Notes under the pieces: model-generated
Seen by the model: the letters and a program-made list of their open reading frames with translations, nothing else
What the model was told of the DNA's origin: nothing
Database searches by the model: none
From: an uncultured Actinomycetota bacterium
Lineage (GTDB): Bacteria; Actinomycetota; Actinomycetes; Propionibacteriales; Nocardioidaceae
Length of the DNA stretch: 64,000 nucleotides
Direction of reading: 5' to 3'
Assembly (NCBI GenBank): GCA_963754145.1
Contig: CAVWFF010000036.1
Coordinates: 1,399 to 65,398 of the forward strand
In this document: positions 45,761-56,369 of the stretch, piece after piece
Numbering within the stretch: position 1 is the stretch's first letter
Layout of the letters: each line of letters starts with the position of its first letter
Translations under genes and position numbers: made by a program

Positions 45761-47436
45761 TCAGTCCCGTCCTGCTGCCGTCCTGTCCCCGTCCTGCTCC
45801 TGGTCGCGCTCGGCGAGCTCGCGCTTGACGATCTTGCCGGTCGCGTTGCGGGGCAGCTCGTCGAGGAAGACGAAGTCGCGCGGCACCTTGTACCGGGCCA
45901 GGTTGTCCTTGACGTGGGCCTTGAGGGCGTCGGTCATCTTCTCCGGGTCGTCCGGCTCGCCTCCGTCGAGGACGACGAACGCGCGGAGCCGCTTGCCGAA
46001 CTCGTCGTCGTCGACGCCGATCGCGGCCACGTCGGTGACCTGGTCGTGCCGCGGAGAGCACGTCCTCGACCTCCTTGGGGAAGACGTTCTCGCCACCGGA
46101 GACGATCATCTCGTCGTCGCGGCCCTCCACGAAGAGGCGACCCTCGTCGTCGAAGCGGCCGATGTCGCCCGAGCTCATCAGGCCGTCGATGCTCTTCTTG
46201 TGCCCGCCGCCGGTGTAGCCCTCGAACAGCATCGAGTTGCCGACGAAGATCCGGCCCGGCTCCCCCTTCGGCACCTCCTTGTCGTCGTCGCCGTACAGCT
46301 TGACGATCGGTGTTCAGCGGCGGCTTGCCCGCGGTGTCGGGTGCGGCGCGCATGTCCGCGGGCTGCGCGATCGACACCCAGGCGACCTCGGTCGAGCCGT
46401 AGATGTTGTAGAGGTTGTCGCCGTACTGGTCCATCCAGTCGATGGCCAGGCTGCCGGCCAGCGCCGAGCCCGGACGCGGCCACCACCCGGAGCGACGACA
46501 GGTCGTAGGAGTCGAGGGTCTCCTGCGGGCAGCTTGAGCATCCGCTGCAGCATCACCGGGATCACCACGAGCGACTCGCAGTGGTTGTCCTGAACGGTCT
46601 TGAGGCTTGTCTCGGGGTCGAACGTGCGGGTGAGCACGCTGGTGCTGCCCAGCAGCATCGCCATGCTCAGGTGCGCCCAGCCCCAGGTGTGGAAGAGCGG
46701 AGCGGCGATGTGGGTCTTCCAGCCGGACTTCAGCGGCATCCGGGAGAGCAGCGCGACCGCGGCGCTCAGGTTGCCGCCGCCACGGGGAGCGCCCTTTGGC
46801 GTGCCGGTCGTGCCCGAGGTGAGGATCACCGCCCGCGCCTCCCTGGCCGGGGCGTTGCGGGGCTTGCGGTGTCCCCCTTCTCGATCAGGCCCTCGAGCGT
46901 GTCGAGGTCGCCGGCGTCGTCGTCGACCCAGGCCAGGATCCGCTGCTGCTCGACCCCGGCCTTGTCGATCAGCTCGGTGAACTCCTGGTCGTGGATCACC
47001 ACGCTGGGCTTCTCGCGCTCGCAGACCTCGCCCAGCTGGGGCGCCGCGAACGCGGTGTTGAGGTAGAGCATGTCGGCGCCCAGCTTGGCGACGGCGAGCG
47101 AGGCGTCGAGGAAGCCGCGGTGGTTGCGGACCAGGATCGCGACCCCGTCGCCCTCCCCCACCCCGAGCTGGGCCAGCGAGTCGGCCAAGCGCGTTGCTGC
47201 GGCGCTCGATCTCGGCGAACGTCAGCTCGCCCAGCTCGTCGATCACGCCGACCCGGTCCGGGAAGCGGAGCGCGACCGCCTTGAACCCGCCGGCGACGCC
47301 CATCCCCCACTGCTGCAGCGCCAGCAGCGACGCCGCCGAGCGTGACCGGAGAGTGCGGCCGGATGACGCCCGACTCGGTCAGCACCTTCAGTGTGACCAC
47401 CGGGGTCTTGGCCAGGTCCAGCACCCGTCCGATCAT
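45761..47436 (-). CDS. Acyl-CoA synthetase, FadD2/FadD12-like (indels)
   Basis: 'LTSGTTGTPKG', 'APLFHTWG', 'YNIYGSTE', 'SSGD...GRDDEMIVSGGENVFP', 'LPRNATGK'. Confidence 0.9.
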
Positions 47437-47559
47437 GTGCAGCCTCTCGTCGTGGTTACCTGGAACGTTAACGAGCGAGGGCGGCTCCGGTCAGGCTCGG
47501 CTCGCCTCGCGGTCCAGGACCACCCGAAAGGGCGTACGACGAACGTGCGGCGCAGGACC

Positions 47560-47979
47560 TCAGCGCGACTTGGGCGCGACCAGCTTGGTGGCCGACCAGT
47601 CCTTGCTCACGGCGATCGTGGTCGTGGTGGAGAGCCCGGCGATCGGGGCCGCCTCGGCCACGTCGGCGGCGTCGACCGCGTTGGGCCGGCCGACCTTCGG
47701 CGTGAGCAGCCAGATCGCGCCGCCACCCACCAGGTCGGTCAGGGAGTCGACGAGCGCGTCCACGAGGTCGCCGTCGTCCTTGCGCCACCAGAGCACCACC
47801 GCGTCGACGACGTCACCGTGGTCCCCGTCGACCATGTCGGCGTCGATGGCGTCCTCGATCTTGACCCGGACGTCGTCGTCGACGTCCTCGTCCCAGCCGA
47901 GCTCCTGCACCACCATCTTGGGCTTGAAACCCAGCCGTTCACCGGCATGCAGGTCCGCACCACCCGCGGTCGCGCTCAC
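47560..47979 (-). CDS. DUF3052 family protein
   Basis: 'VQELGWDEDVDDD', 'VVLWWRKDDGDLVDAL', 'IWLLTPKVGR'. Divergent from aceE. Confidence 0.9.
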   Translation of the reverse strand: MSATAGGADLHAGERLGFKPKMVVQELGWDEDVDDDVRVKIEDAIDADMVDGDHGDVVDAVVLWWRKDDGDLVDALVDSLTDLVGGGAIWLLTPKVGRPNAVDAADVAEAAPIAGLSTTTTIAVSKDWSATKLVAPKSR

Positions 47980-48250
47980 GTGACTGCCTCCACTTCAAGT
48001 TCGATCGGTCCGCCGCTGGTCGCCGCGGATCGTGGGGGTAGTCCACCGGAGTCCTGCCTCGTGCGCAACCCTGCCGCGTCACGGTGCGCGGATGGTCGGT
48101 CTGGCCACCTCGCAGTGATTTCGAGACGCGCGGCGCCCCGTCACTGCGCTTCGACTCGCGTCGCTCCTCAGCTCCTCGCTCTCCGGGCGCACGCAGCTCG
48201 CGCGCAGCGCTAGCATTTCGTGGCCGCGGCGGAAGTGCAACGATGAGCGG

Positions 48251-51060
48251 GTGAGCGACACCTCAGACACCACGCCCGAGGACCAGGCACGACCGGTGAC
48301 CCCGGTCATCCACGAGGGTCTTCCGACACAGCTGCCCGACATCGACCCCGAGGAGACCGGCGAGTGGGTCGAGTCCTTCGACGAGCTGATCGAGCAGCGC
48401 GGCCGCGAGCGCGCGCGCTACGTGATGCTGCGGCTGCTCGAGCGCGCCCGCGAGAAGCAGGTGGGCGTCCCGGCGCTGCGCAGCACCGACTACATCAACA
48501 CGATCCCGCCCGAGCGCGAGCCCTGGTTCCCCGGTGACGAGGAGATCGAGCGCCGGATCCGCGCGTTCATCCGCTGGAACGCCGCGGTCACGGTCTCCGA
48601 CGCCAACCGCAAGGGACTCGAGGTCGGCGGCCACATCGCGACGTACCAGTCGAGCGCGTCGCTGTACGAGGTCGGCTTCAACCACTTCTTCCGCGGCAAG
48701 GACCACGAGGGCGGTGGCGACCAGATCTACATCCAGGGCCACGGCTCCCCCGGCGTCTACGCCCGCGCGTTCCTCGAGGGCCGGCTGACCGAGGAGCAGC
48801 TCCGGCACTTCCGGCAGGAGGTGCAGCACGGGGTCGGCAAGGGCCTCCCGTCGTACCCGCACCCCCGGCTGATGCCGGACTTCTGGGAGTTCCCGACGGT
48901 CTCGATGGGGCTCACCGCGCTCAACGCGATCTACCAGGCGCGTTTCAACCGCTACCTCGCCAACCGCGGCATCAAGGACACCAGCCAGCAGCACGTCTGG
49001 GCGTTCCTGGGCGACGGCGAGATGGGTGAGCCCGAGTCGCTGGGCGCGATCGGCCTGGCGGCGCGCGAGGAGCTCGACAACCTCACCTTCGTCGTGAACT
49101 GCAACCTCCAGCAGCTCGACGGTCCGGTGCGCGGCAACGGCAAGATCATCCAGGAGCTGGAGTCGTTCTTCCGCGGCGCCGGCTGGAACGTGATCAAGGT
49201 GGTCTGGGGCCGCGAGTGGGACACCCTGCTGGCCCGTGACGTCGACGGCGTCCTGGTCAACCGGATGAACTCCACGCCCGACGGCCAGTTCCAGACGTAC
49301 TCCAACGAGGACGGCGGCTACATCCGCGAGCACTTCTTCGGCACCGACCCGCGCCTGCGCCGGATGGTCCAGCACATGACCGACGACCAGATCGTGAAGC
49401 TGCCGCGCGGCGGCCACGACTACCGCAAGGTGTACGCCGCGTTCAAGGCCGCCTCCGAGCACGTCGGGCAGCCGACCGTGATCCTGGCCAAGACGATCAA
49501 GGGCTGGACCATCGAGGGCCTCGAGGGCAAGAACGCCGCCCACCAGATGAAGAAGCTGACCCCCAAGGACCTCAAGACCTTCCGCGACCGGCTCTACCTG
49601 CCGATCAGCGACAAGGAGCTCGACGACTACTACGAGCGCACCGGCATGGCGCCGTTCTTCCACCCCGGCAAGGACGCGCCGGAGATCGAGTACATGCTCG
49701 AGCGCCGACGCGAGCTCGGTGGCTCGCATCCCGCACCGCATGGTGCGGGCCAAGCCGCTCAAGCTCCCCGGCGACGAGGTCTACGCCGAGCTCAAGAAGG
49801 GCGGCGGCAAGAACAAGATCGCCACCACGATGGCGGCGGTCCGGTTGCTGCGCGACTGGATGAAGGACCCGGAGATCGGCGACCGCATCGTGCCGATCGC
49901 GCCCGACGAGTACCGCACGTTCGGCATGGACTCGATGTTCCCCAACGCCAAGGTCTACAACCCGGGTGGCCAGCAGTACGAGTCGGTCGACCGCAAGCTC
50001 CTGCTGGCCTACAAGGAGTCGGAGAAGGGCCAGATGCTCCACGAGGGCATCTCCGAGGCCGGCGCGATGGCGTCGGCGACCGCCGCGGGGTCGACGTACT
50101 CGACCCACGGCGAGCACATGATCCCGTTCTACATCTTCTACTCGATGTTCGGCTTCCAGCGCACCGGCGACTCGATCTGGGCGATGGCCGACCAGCTCGC
50201 GCGCGGCTTCCTGATCGGAGCCACCGCGGGGCGTACGACGCTCACCGGCGAGGGACTCCAGCACGCCGACGGGCACTCCCCGCTGCTGGCGGCGACCAAC
50301 CCCGCGGTCGTGCACTACGACCCGGCGTTCGCCTACGAGGTCAGCCACGTCATGCAGGACGGCCTGCGCCGGATGTACGGCTCGACCGACGAGCACCCGC
50401 ACGGCGAGGACGTCATCTTCTACATGACCGTCTACAACGAGCCGGTCGACCAGCCGGCCGAGCCGGACGACGTCGACGTCGAGGGCATCCTGCGCGGGAT
50501 GCACCACGTCGCGGTGCCGCCGGGCGTCGACGGCGCGGACAACCCGCCCCGCGTGCAGCTGCTCGCGTCGGGTGTCGGCTTCCCGTGGATCGCCAAGGCC
50601 CAGCGCCTGCTCGCCGAGGAATGGGGCGTCGCCGCCGACACCTGGTCGGTCACGTCGTGGAACGAGCTGGCCCGCGACGCGATCGAGACCGAGGAGTGGG
50701 CGTTGCTGCACCCGTCCGAGGAAGCCGCGGATCCCGTTCGTGACCGACAAGCTCAAGGACGTCGCCGGCCCGGTCGTTGCGGTGAGCGACTACATGCGCG
50801 CCGTACCGCTGCAGATCAACCGGTGGGTGCCGACGGACTACCACGTGCTCGGCGCCGACGGGTTCGGCTTCGCCGACACCCGGCCGGCCGCCCGCCGGTT
50901 CTTCCACGTCGACGCCGAGTCGGTCGTGGTGCAGGCGCTGCAGGCACTGGCCCAGCGCGGCGAGGTCAAGGCGGAGACGGTGCAGGAGGCGTTCGACCGC
51001 TACCGGATCGACGACCCGACGGCGGTGTCCGACGTGAAGCAGGAGGGCGGCGACGCCTGA
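48251..51060 (+). CDS. aceE: Pyruvate dehydrogenase E1, homodimeric (2 indels)
   Basis: '[10 protein letters not shown]', 'GGHIATY', 'FPTVSMGL', '[10 protein letters not shown]', 'EGISEAG', '[11 protein letters not shown]', 'LGADGFG'. Confidence 0.97.
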
Positions 51061-51064
51061 CGAC

Positions 51065-51277
51065 ATCCCGGCGGCGGCGCGTGCGGCGTACCGGCGCGCC
51101 GTCGTGTTCCTGGTGTCCGGCGTGCTGCTCATCGGTGCGTCGTACTTCGTCGGCGAGGCCACGATGAACCTGTTCCGCCCGCTCGGCTACATCAGCTGGG
51201 CGATGAGCGTGATCTTCGGGCTGATCGGAGTCTGGCTGCACCACCAGCCGGGGGCGCCGGCCGACGACGACCGGTAG
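51065..51277 (+). CDS. Small two-TM membrane protein (start uncertain, not in the ORF track)
   Basis: Open frame '[63 protein letters not shown]' with high GC3. Confidence 0.5.
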   Translation: MPAAARAAYRRAVVFLVSGVLLIGASYFVGEATMNLFRPLGYISWAMSVIFGLIGVWLHHQPGAPADDDR

Positions 51278-52260
51278 GCTACGCCGAGCTTCGTACGACG
51301 CCGCGACAGCCGCGCGACCGGGCGCAACGGACGCTGCCCGGCGCGCTCGCGCACGGCCGGCGAGTCCGGGCCGTGGGTGAGCATCTCGCGCCAGTCGGCC
51401 CGGTCGTGCGAGGCCGGCTCGGTGGTGCGCACGAAGTCGTTGAGCAGCTTGACGAACCGCTCCGGGTGGTCCTTGTGCACGAAGTGGCCGGCGTTCTCGA
51501 CGACCTCGATGTCGGCGCCGGGCGCGATGCTCCGTGCGATCTCCGCGTGCGACACCGGGATCACGGCGTCGTCCTTGCCCCAGATCACGCACATCGGCAT
51601 CGCGGCGGTCAGGTAGGCGCGGTCGGCCATGGTGATGATCTGGCCCTTCCAGTCCACGCAGGCGCGCACCACGTGGGCGATCGCGGCACGGGAGGCGGGG
51701 TCGCGGAACGACTCGAAGATGTCGGCCACCTCGTCGAGGTCGCGCACCCGGGAGATGCCGGTGCGGGAGAGCCCGCGCAGCGCCGCGACGCCGACGTGCC
51801 GGATCCCCGGGAGCGTTGCCAGGCCCATGAACTGCTGGAACATCGGCAGCGTCACCGCCCGGACCGCCCTCGTCACGTCGGGGCCGATGCCGCCCGGGGC
51901 CACCAGCACCATCCGCTCGGTGCGCTCCGGGAACTGGTAGGCGAACTGCATCGCCACCCCGCCGCCGAGGCTGTGGCCGACCACGGTCACGGTCTCGATG
52001 CCGAGCACGGTGAGCAGGTCGCGCATCGCGTTGGCGTAGCCGCCGATGGAGTAGTCCGCCCGCGGCTTGGCCGACTGACCGTGGCCGAGGAGGTCGGGCG
52101 CGATCACCGTGTACCGGCGCGCCAGCGAGTCGATCACCGGGTCCCAGCTCGTGTGGTCGCAGCCCAGACCGTGGAGGAGCAGCAGGACCGGGCCCGTGCC
52201 GATCTTCACGAACGCACGTTCGTGTCCGTGGATGACGACCTTCTGCACCCGATGCGCCAT
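51187..52260 (-). CDS. Alpha/beta fold hydrolase (true stop probably near 51279)
   Basis: 'LLLHGLG', 'APDLLGHGQS', 'VVGHSLGGG', 'IWGKDD', 'NAGHFVH'. Confidence 0.92.
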   Translation of the reverse strand: MAHRVQKVVIHGHERAFVKIGTGPVLLLLHGLGCDHTSWDPVIDSLARRYTVIAPDLLGHGQSAKPRADYSIGGYANAMRDLLTVLGIETVTVVGHSLGGGVAMQFAYQFPERTERMVLVAPGGIGPDVTRAVRAVTLPMFQQFMGLATLPGIRHVGVAALRGLSRTGISRVRDLDEVADIFESFRDPASRAAIAHVVRACVDWKGQIITMADRAYLTAAMPMCVIWGKDDAVIPVSHAEIARSIAPGADIEVVENAGHFVHKDHPERFVKLLNDFVRTTEPASHDRADWREMLTHGPDSPAVRERAGQRPLRPVARLSRRRTKLGVAYRSSSAGAPGWWCSQTPISPKITLIAQLM

Positions 52261-52575
52261 GTGTCACCCGTCTGCCTGGAAGAAGGGACTCGCGAAGTTA
52301 ACCAGAACTTGTTCCAGTGTTGCGCGCGAACCCCTTGCGCGCACGGATTGTGTCGATCCCGGGGGGATGTTGGTCGTGGGAGGCGAGGGTTCACCACGGT
52401 ATGCCGGAACAACAACGGCAAATCGGACGCTCGGCGATGCTTCCCACGACGAACCCGCGCTCCCCATGAGCTGCTCATCGTGGGAGGCGCGGGTTCGGCT
52501 GCATACCGTGGTGAAACCGCACGCCCGGCCGCCCGCGCCCACACCCACCCCCACCACCCGCAATAGAGTCGTCGG

Positions 52576-53751
52576 GTGACCACGACGCAGCCGCGCAGCC
52601 GCGCGCAGATCGCGCTGCGGCTCGAGCAGTCGGTGGGCCGGCTGAGCACCACGGCCCTCCAGCGCATGGAGCGCGAGATGCCGTGGTTCCGTGAGCTGTC
52701 CGCCCAGGAGCGCTCCTGGATCGGGCTGATCGTGCAGGCCGGCATCGCGGCGTTCGTGGACTGGTACCGCGACCCGCACCCCACCGCCGAGCTGCGCGCC
52801 GAGGTGTTCGGCGCCGCACCGCGGGCCTTCGCCGGCCGGATCAGCCTCCAACGCACGGTCGCCATGGTGCGGCTCTCGATCGAGGTGGTCGAGGAGAACG
52901 TCGTCGACGTGCTCGGCGAGACCGACGCCCAGTCCGTGATCGCGGCGATCACCCGCTACGGCCGCGAGGTCGCGTTCGCCACCGCGGAGATCTACGCGCG
53001 CGCGGCCGAGATGCGCGGCGCCTGGGACGCCCGGCTGGAGGCCCTGGTCGTCGACTCGGTGCTCCGCGGCGACAGCGACGGCACCGTGGAGTCCCGCGCC
53101 AGCGCCCTCGGCTGGACCGACGGTGGCCGGGTGCTGACCGTGGTCGGGCCGATGCCCGATGCGCCCCGCCACGACGCCACCGACGACGTACGACGGATCG
53201 CGCACGACGCCGGCCTCCGCGCGCTCTGCGCCGTCCAGGGCGACCGGCTGGTGGTGATCGTCGGCGGCCCCGGCGCGGGCGACGCGTCGCTCGCGGAGCT
53301 GGCCGATGTCTTCGGCGAGGGACCGGTGGTGGTCGGCCCGCTGGTCGACGACCTGGTCGACGTGCCCCGCAGCGCCGCGGCCGCGTTCGCCGGCTACTGG
53401 GCCGCGCGCGGCTGGGTCGAGGCGCCCCGGCCGGTCAACGCCGACGACCTGCTGCCCGAGCGCGCCCTCAACGGCGACGAGCAGGCACTGACCCATCTCG
53501 TCGAGGAGATCCACGGACCGCTCGTCGACGCCGGCGCCGTCGTGATCGACACCCTGCAGGAGTACTTCGACCGGGGCAGCTCGCTGGAGGCGACGGCCCG
53601 CGCGCTGTTCGTGCACGCCAACACCGTGCGCTACCGGTTGCGCCGCGCCCACGAGGTCACCGGGCTCAACCCGTCCGACCCCCGCGACGCCTACACGCTG
53701 CGGGTGGCGCTGACCGCTGGCCGACTCCGGGACGCAGGGTCTAACTTGTAG
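52576..53751 (+). CDS. fasR: PucR-family activator of the fab operon (FasR/MabR)
   Basis: 'MPWFRELSAQERSWIGL', 'AFATAEIYARAAEMRGAWDARLEALVVD', HTH 'SLEATARALFVHANTVRYRL'. Lies immediately upstream of fabD. Confidence 0.9.
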   Translation: MTTTQPRSRAQIALRLEQSVGRLSTTALQRMEREMPWFRELSAQERSWIGLIVQAGIAAFVDWYRDPHPTAELRAEVFGAAPRAFAGRISLQRTVAMVRLSIEVVEENVVDVLGETDAQSVIAAITRYGREVAFATAEIYARAAEMRGAWDARLEALVVDSVLRGDSDGTVESRASALGWTDGGRVLTVVGPMPDAPRHDATDDVRRIAHDAGLRALCAVQGDRLVVIVGGPGAGDASLAELADVFGEGPVVVGPLVDDLVDVPRSAAAAFAGYWAARGWVEAPRPVNADDLLPERALNGDEQALTHLVEEIHGPLVDAGAVVIDTLQEYFDRGSSLEATARALFVHANTVRYRLRRAHEVTGLNPSDPRDAYTLRVALTAGRLRDAGSNL

Positions 53752-53762
53752 GAAACCTACAA
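53746..53762. promoter_or_regulatory. Palindrome, probable FasR/MabR operator
   Basis: TTGTAGG-AAA-CCTACAA (TTGT-N9-ACAA), overlapping the fasR stop and upstream of fabD. Confidence 0.7.
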
Positions 53763-53830
53763 ATCTGGGTCGGGCGTTTCGTACGTGCCGGATGCGCGTC
53801 GGGCGGTCCGACTTCGCAAGGATGGATCTC

Positions 53831-54799
53831 GTGCTGATCATCGTCGCCCCCGGACAGGGTTCCCAGACGCCCGGATTCCTCTCCCCGTGGCTGGAGGACC
53901 CGGCCTTCGCCGAGCGCCTCGACTGGCTCGGCGCGGTGGCCGGTCTGGACCTCGCCCACTACGGCACCGAGGCCGACGCCGACACGATCCGCGACACCGC
54001 GATCGCGCAGCCGTTGCTGGTCGGCGCGGGTCTGGTCGCCGCGCTCTCCCTCTTCCCGCACCCGGGCGACGCGTTCGGCCGGATCGGTGCGGTCGCCGGC
54101 CACAGCGTCGGCGAGCTGACCGCAGCCGCCGGTGCCCGGGCGATCACCGCCGAGCAGGCCATGGTGCTGGTGCGCGAGCGCGGCCGGGCGATGGCCGACG
54201 CGGCGAAGGCCACCCCCACCGGCATGACCGCGGTCCTCGGCGGCGACGCCGAGGAGGTGCTGGCGGTCCTCGACAAGCACGGCCTGACCCCGGCCAACGT
54301 CAACGGGCCCGGCCAGGTGGTCGCCGCCGGCACCACCGAGCAGCTGCAGGCGCTGGCCGACAACCCGCCCGAGAAGGCCCGGCTGATGCCGCTGTCGGTC
54401 GCGGGCGCCTTCCACACCGAGCACATGGCCCCGGCCGTCGAGGTGATGGACAAGCTGGCCCGCGGCGTCTCCACGCACGACCCGCGCACCGCGCTGATCT
54501 CCAACGCCGACGGCAAGGTGATCCACGACGGCCGCGACGTCGTACGCCGGATCGTGAAGCAGGTCGCCAACCCGGTGCGCTGGGACCTCTGCCTGGAGAC
54601 CATGAGCGAACTCGGCGTGACCGGCATCCTCGAGCTCCCGCCGGCCGGCACCCTGACCGGCATCGCCAAGCGGGCGCTCAAGGGGGTCGAGACGTTCGCC
54701 CTCAAGACCCCCGACCAGCTCGACGACGCCCGCGCGTTCTGCGACCAGCACGGTGAGCCGTCCTCGACGGACGCCTCCCCCAGCGGGGTCGAGCAGTGA
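53831..54799 (+). CDS. fabD: Malonyl-CoA:ACP transacylase
   Basis: 'VAPGQGSQ', 'AQPLL', 'AGHSVGE', 'LSVAGAFHT', 'QVANPVRW'. Confidence 0.95.
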   Translation: MLIIVAPGQGSQTPGFLSPWLEDPAFAERLDWLGAVAGLDLAHYGTEADADTIRDTAIAQPLLVGAGLVAALSLFPHPGDAFGRIGAVAGHSVGELTAAAGARAITAEQAMVLVRERGRAMADAAKATPTGMTAVLGGDAEEVLAVLDKHGLTPANVNGPGQVVAAGTTEQLQALADNPPEKARLMPLSVAGAFHTEHMAPAVEVMDKLARGVSTHDPRTALISNADGKVIHDGRDVVRRIVKQVANPVRWDLCLETMSELGVTGILELPPAGTLTGIAKRALKGVETFALKTPDQLDDARAFCDQHGEPSSTDASPSGVEQ

Positions 54800-54960
54800 T
54801 CTCGCCGGACAGCGGCACGTCCGTCCGCAGACTGCGGGACGAGACGCGCGTCGCCACGCGCGTCGGCGGCACTATCGTGGAGTGCCTGGTGCAGGACGGC
54901 GACCTGGTCTCCCCCGGCCAGCCGCTGCTCCGCCCGCACCCCGAGGGAGACGCCCAGTGA
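54796..54960 (+). CDS. Biotinyl/lipoyl-like half-barrel segment, probably the frameshifted C-terminal extension of FabD
   Basis: 'VISPDSGT...VGGTIVECLVQDGDLVSPGQPLLR'. Its stop overlaps the fabH GTG. Confidence 0.55.
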   Translation: MISPDSGTSVRRLRDETRVATRVGGTIVECLVQDGDLVSPGQPLLRPHPEGDAQ

Positions 54961-55970
54961 CCAACCCCAGCACCGCGATCAAGGCGCCCGACACGCTGCG
55001 CCACACGGCCGTGCTCGGGATCGGCTCCTACCGGCCCAGCCGGGTGATCCCCAACGCCGAGCTCGTCGCGGCGATCGACTCCAGCGACGAGTGGATCCAG
55101 CAGCGCTCCGGCATCATCGAGCGTCGCTGGTGCGCCGAGGACGAGACCGTGCAGTCGATGTCGGTGTCCTCGGCCCGCGACGCCCTGACCTACGCGGGCA
55201 TCGATGCCGCGCAGGTCGACTGCGTGGTCGTGGCGACCGTGTCCCACATGCTGCAGACCCCGGCCATCGCCACCGCGATCGCCCACGAGCTGGGCACGGA
55301 CAAGGCGGCCGCGTTCGACATCTCCGCCGCCTGCGCCGGCTTCTGCCACGGCGTGGCGATGGCCTCCGACTTCGTCCGCTCCGGCACCGCCAAGTACGCC
55401 CTCGTGATCGGCGTCGAGCGGCTCTCCGACATCACCGACCCCGACGACCGCGGATCGGCGTTCATCTTCGCCGACGGCGCGGGTGCGGTCGTGATCGGCC
55501 CGTCCGACGTGCCCGGCATCGGACCCGTGGTGTGGGGCAGCGACGGCGAGCACTACGACCACATCCGGCAGCGCGAGGACTGGCGCGACGTGGTCGCCTC
55601 CCACTCCCCGCGGATGCCGCACCTGACGATGAAGGGCAACGAGGTCTTCCGCTGGGCGACGTACGAGATGGCGAAGGTGGCCCGCGAGACCCTCGACCGC
55701 AGCGGCGTCACGGTCGACGACCTCGATGTCTTCGTGCCCCACCAGGCCAACATGCGCATCGTCGACGCGATGGCGCGTGCCCTCAAGCTCCCGCCCCACG
55801 TCGCGATCGCCCGCGACATCGCCTACCAGGGCAACACGTCCGCGGCTTCCATCCCCCTGGCGCTCAATGCCATGGTGGAGAGCGGCGAGGCCAAGCCCGG
55901 CGACACGGCGCTGCTGATCGCGTTCGGCGCCGGCCTGGCGTACGCCGCCCAGGTGATCACGGTCCCCTGA
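54957..55970 (+). CDS. fabH: Beta-ketoacyl-ACP synthase III
   Basis: 'DSSDEWIQQRSGI', 'DISAACAGF', 'FADGAGA', 'FVPHQAN', 'GNTSAASIP', 'FGAGL'. Confidence 0.96.
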   Translation: MTNPSTAIKAPDTLRHTAVLGIGSYRPSRVIPNAELVAAIDSSDEWIQQRSGIIERRWCAEDETVQSMSVSSARDALTYAGIDAAQVDCVVVATVSHMLQTPAIATAIAHELGTDKAAAFDISAACAGFCHGVAMASDFVRSGTAKYALVIGVERLSDITDPDDRGSAFIFADGAGAVVIGPSDVPGIGPVVWGSDGEHYDHIRQREDWRDVVASHSPRMPHLTMKGNEVFRWATYEMAKVARETLDRSGVTVDDLDVFVPHQANMRIVDAMARALKLPPHVAIARDIAYQGNTSAASIPLALNAMVESGEAKPGDTALLIAFGAGLAYAAQVITVP

Positions 55971-56042
55971 AGCACCACCGAGTTCTGCACGACGCACCAC
56001 CCGATGGAAGCTCAAACCCACCAAACGAAAGAGGAAGCCACC

Positions 56043-56288
56043 ATGGCAACCACCGAGGAGATCCGCGCCGGCCTGGCCGAGCTCGTCAACGAGGTCACCG
56101 GCATCGACGCCGACGACGTCCAGCTCGACAAGTCCTTCACGGAGGACCTCGACGTCGACTCGTTGTCGATGGTCGAGGTCGTGGTCGCCGCCGAGGAGAA
56201 GTTCGGCGTGACCATCCCCGATGACGAGGTGAAGAACCTCAAGACCGTCGGCGACGCCGTCGGGTACATCGAGAAGCAGCAGTCCTGA
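56043..56288 (+). CDS. acpP: Acyl carrier protein
   Basis: 'DLDVDSLSMVEV', acidic 81 aa protein, GAGG RBS. Confidence 0.96.
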   Translation: MATTEEIRAGLAELVNEVTGIDADDVQLDKSFTEDLDVDSLSMVEVVVAAEEKFGVTIPDDEVKNLKTVGDAVGYIEKQQS

Positions 56289-56310
56289 CCCCCTGTCGTC
56301 AGTGAGCCGC

Positions 56311-56348
56311 CGGCGGCCCGGTCCCCTCGTGGGACGGCCGGGCCGCCG
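56311..56348 (+). terminator. GC-rich hairpin after acpP (mRNA stabiliser or partial terminator)
   Basis: CGGCGGCCCGG/CCGGGCCGCCG stem with inner TCCC/GGGA. Confidence 0.55.
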
Positions 56349-56369
56349 TCGGCCCGAAATGAGGAACCG

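Noticed and set aside
45201-46274. Acyl-CoA synthetase-peroxiredoxin fusion (357-aa ORF)
   Set aside because: This is an indel artefact. The synthetase C-terminus ends at 45761 in another frame, and ahpE has its own start.
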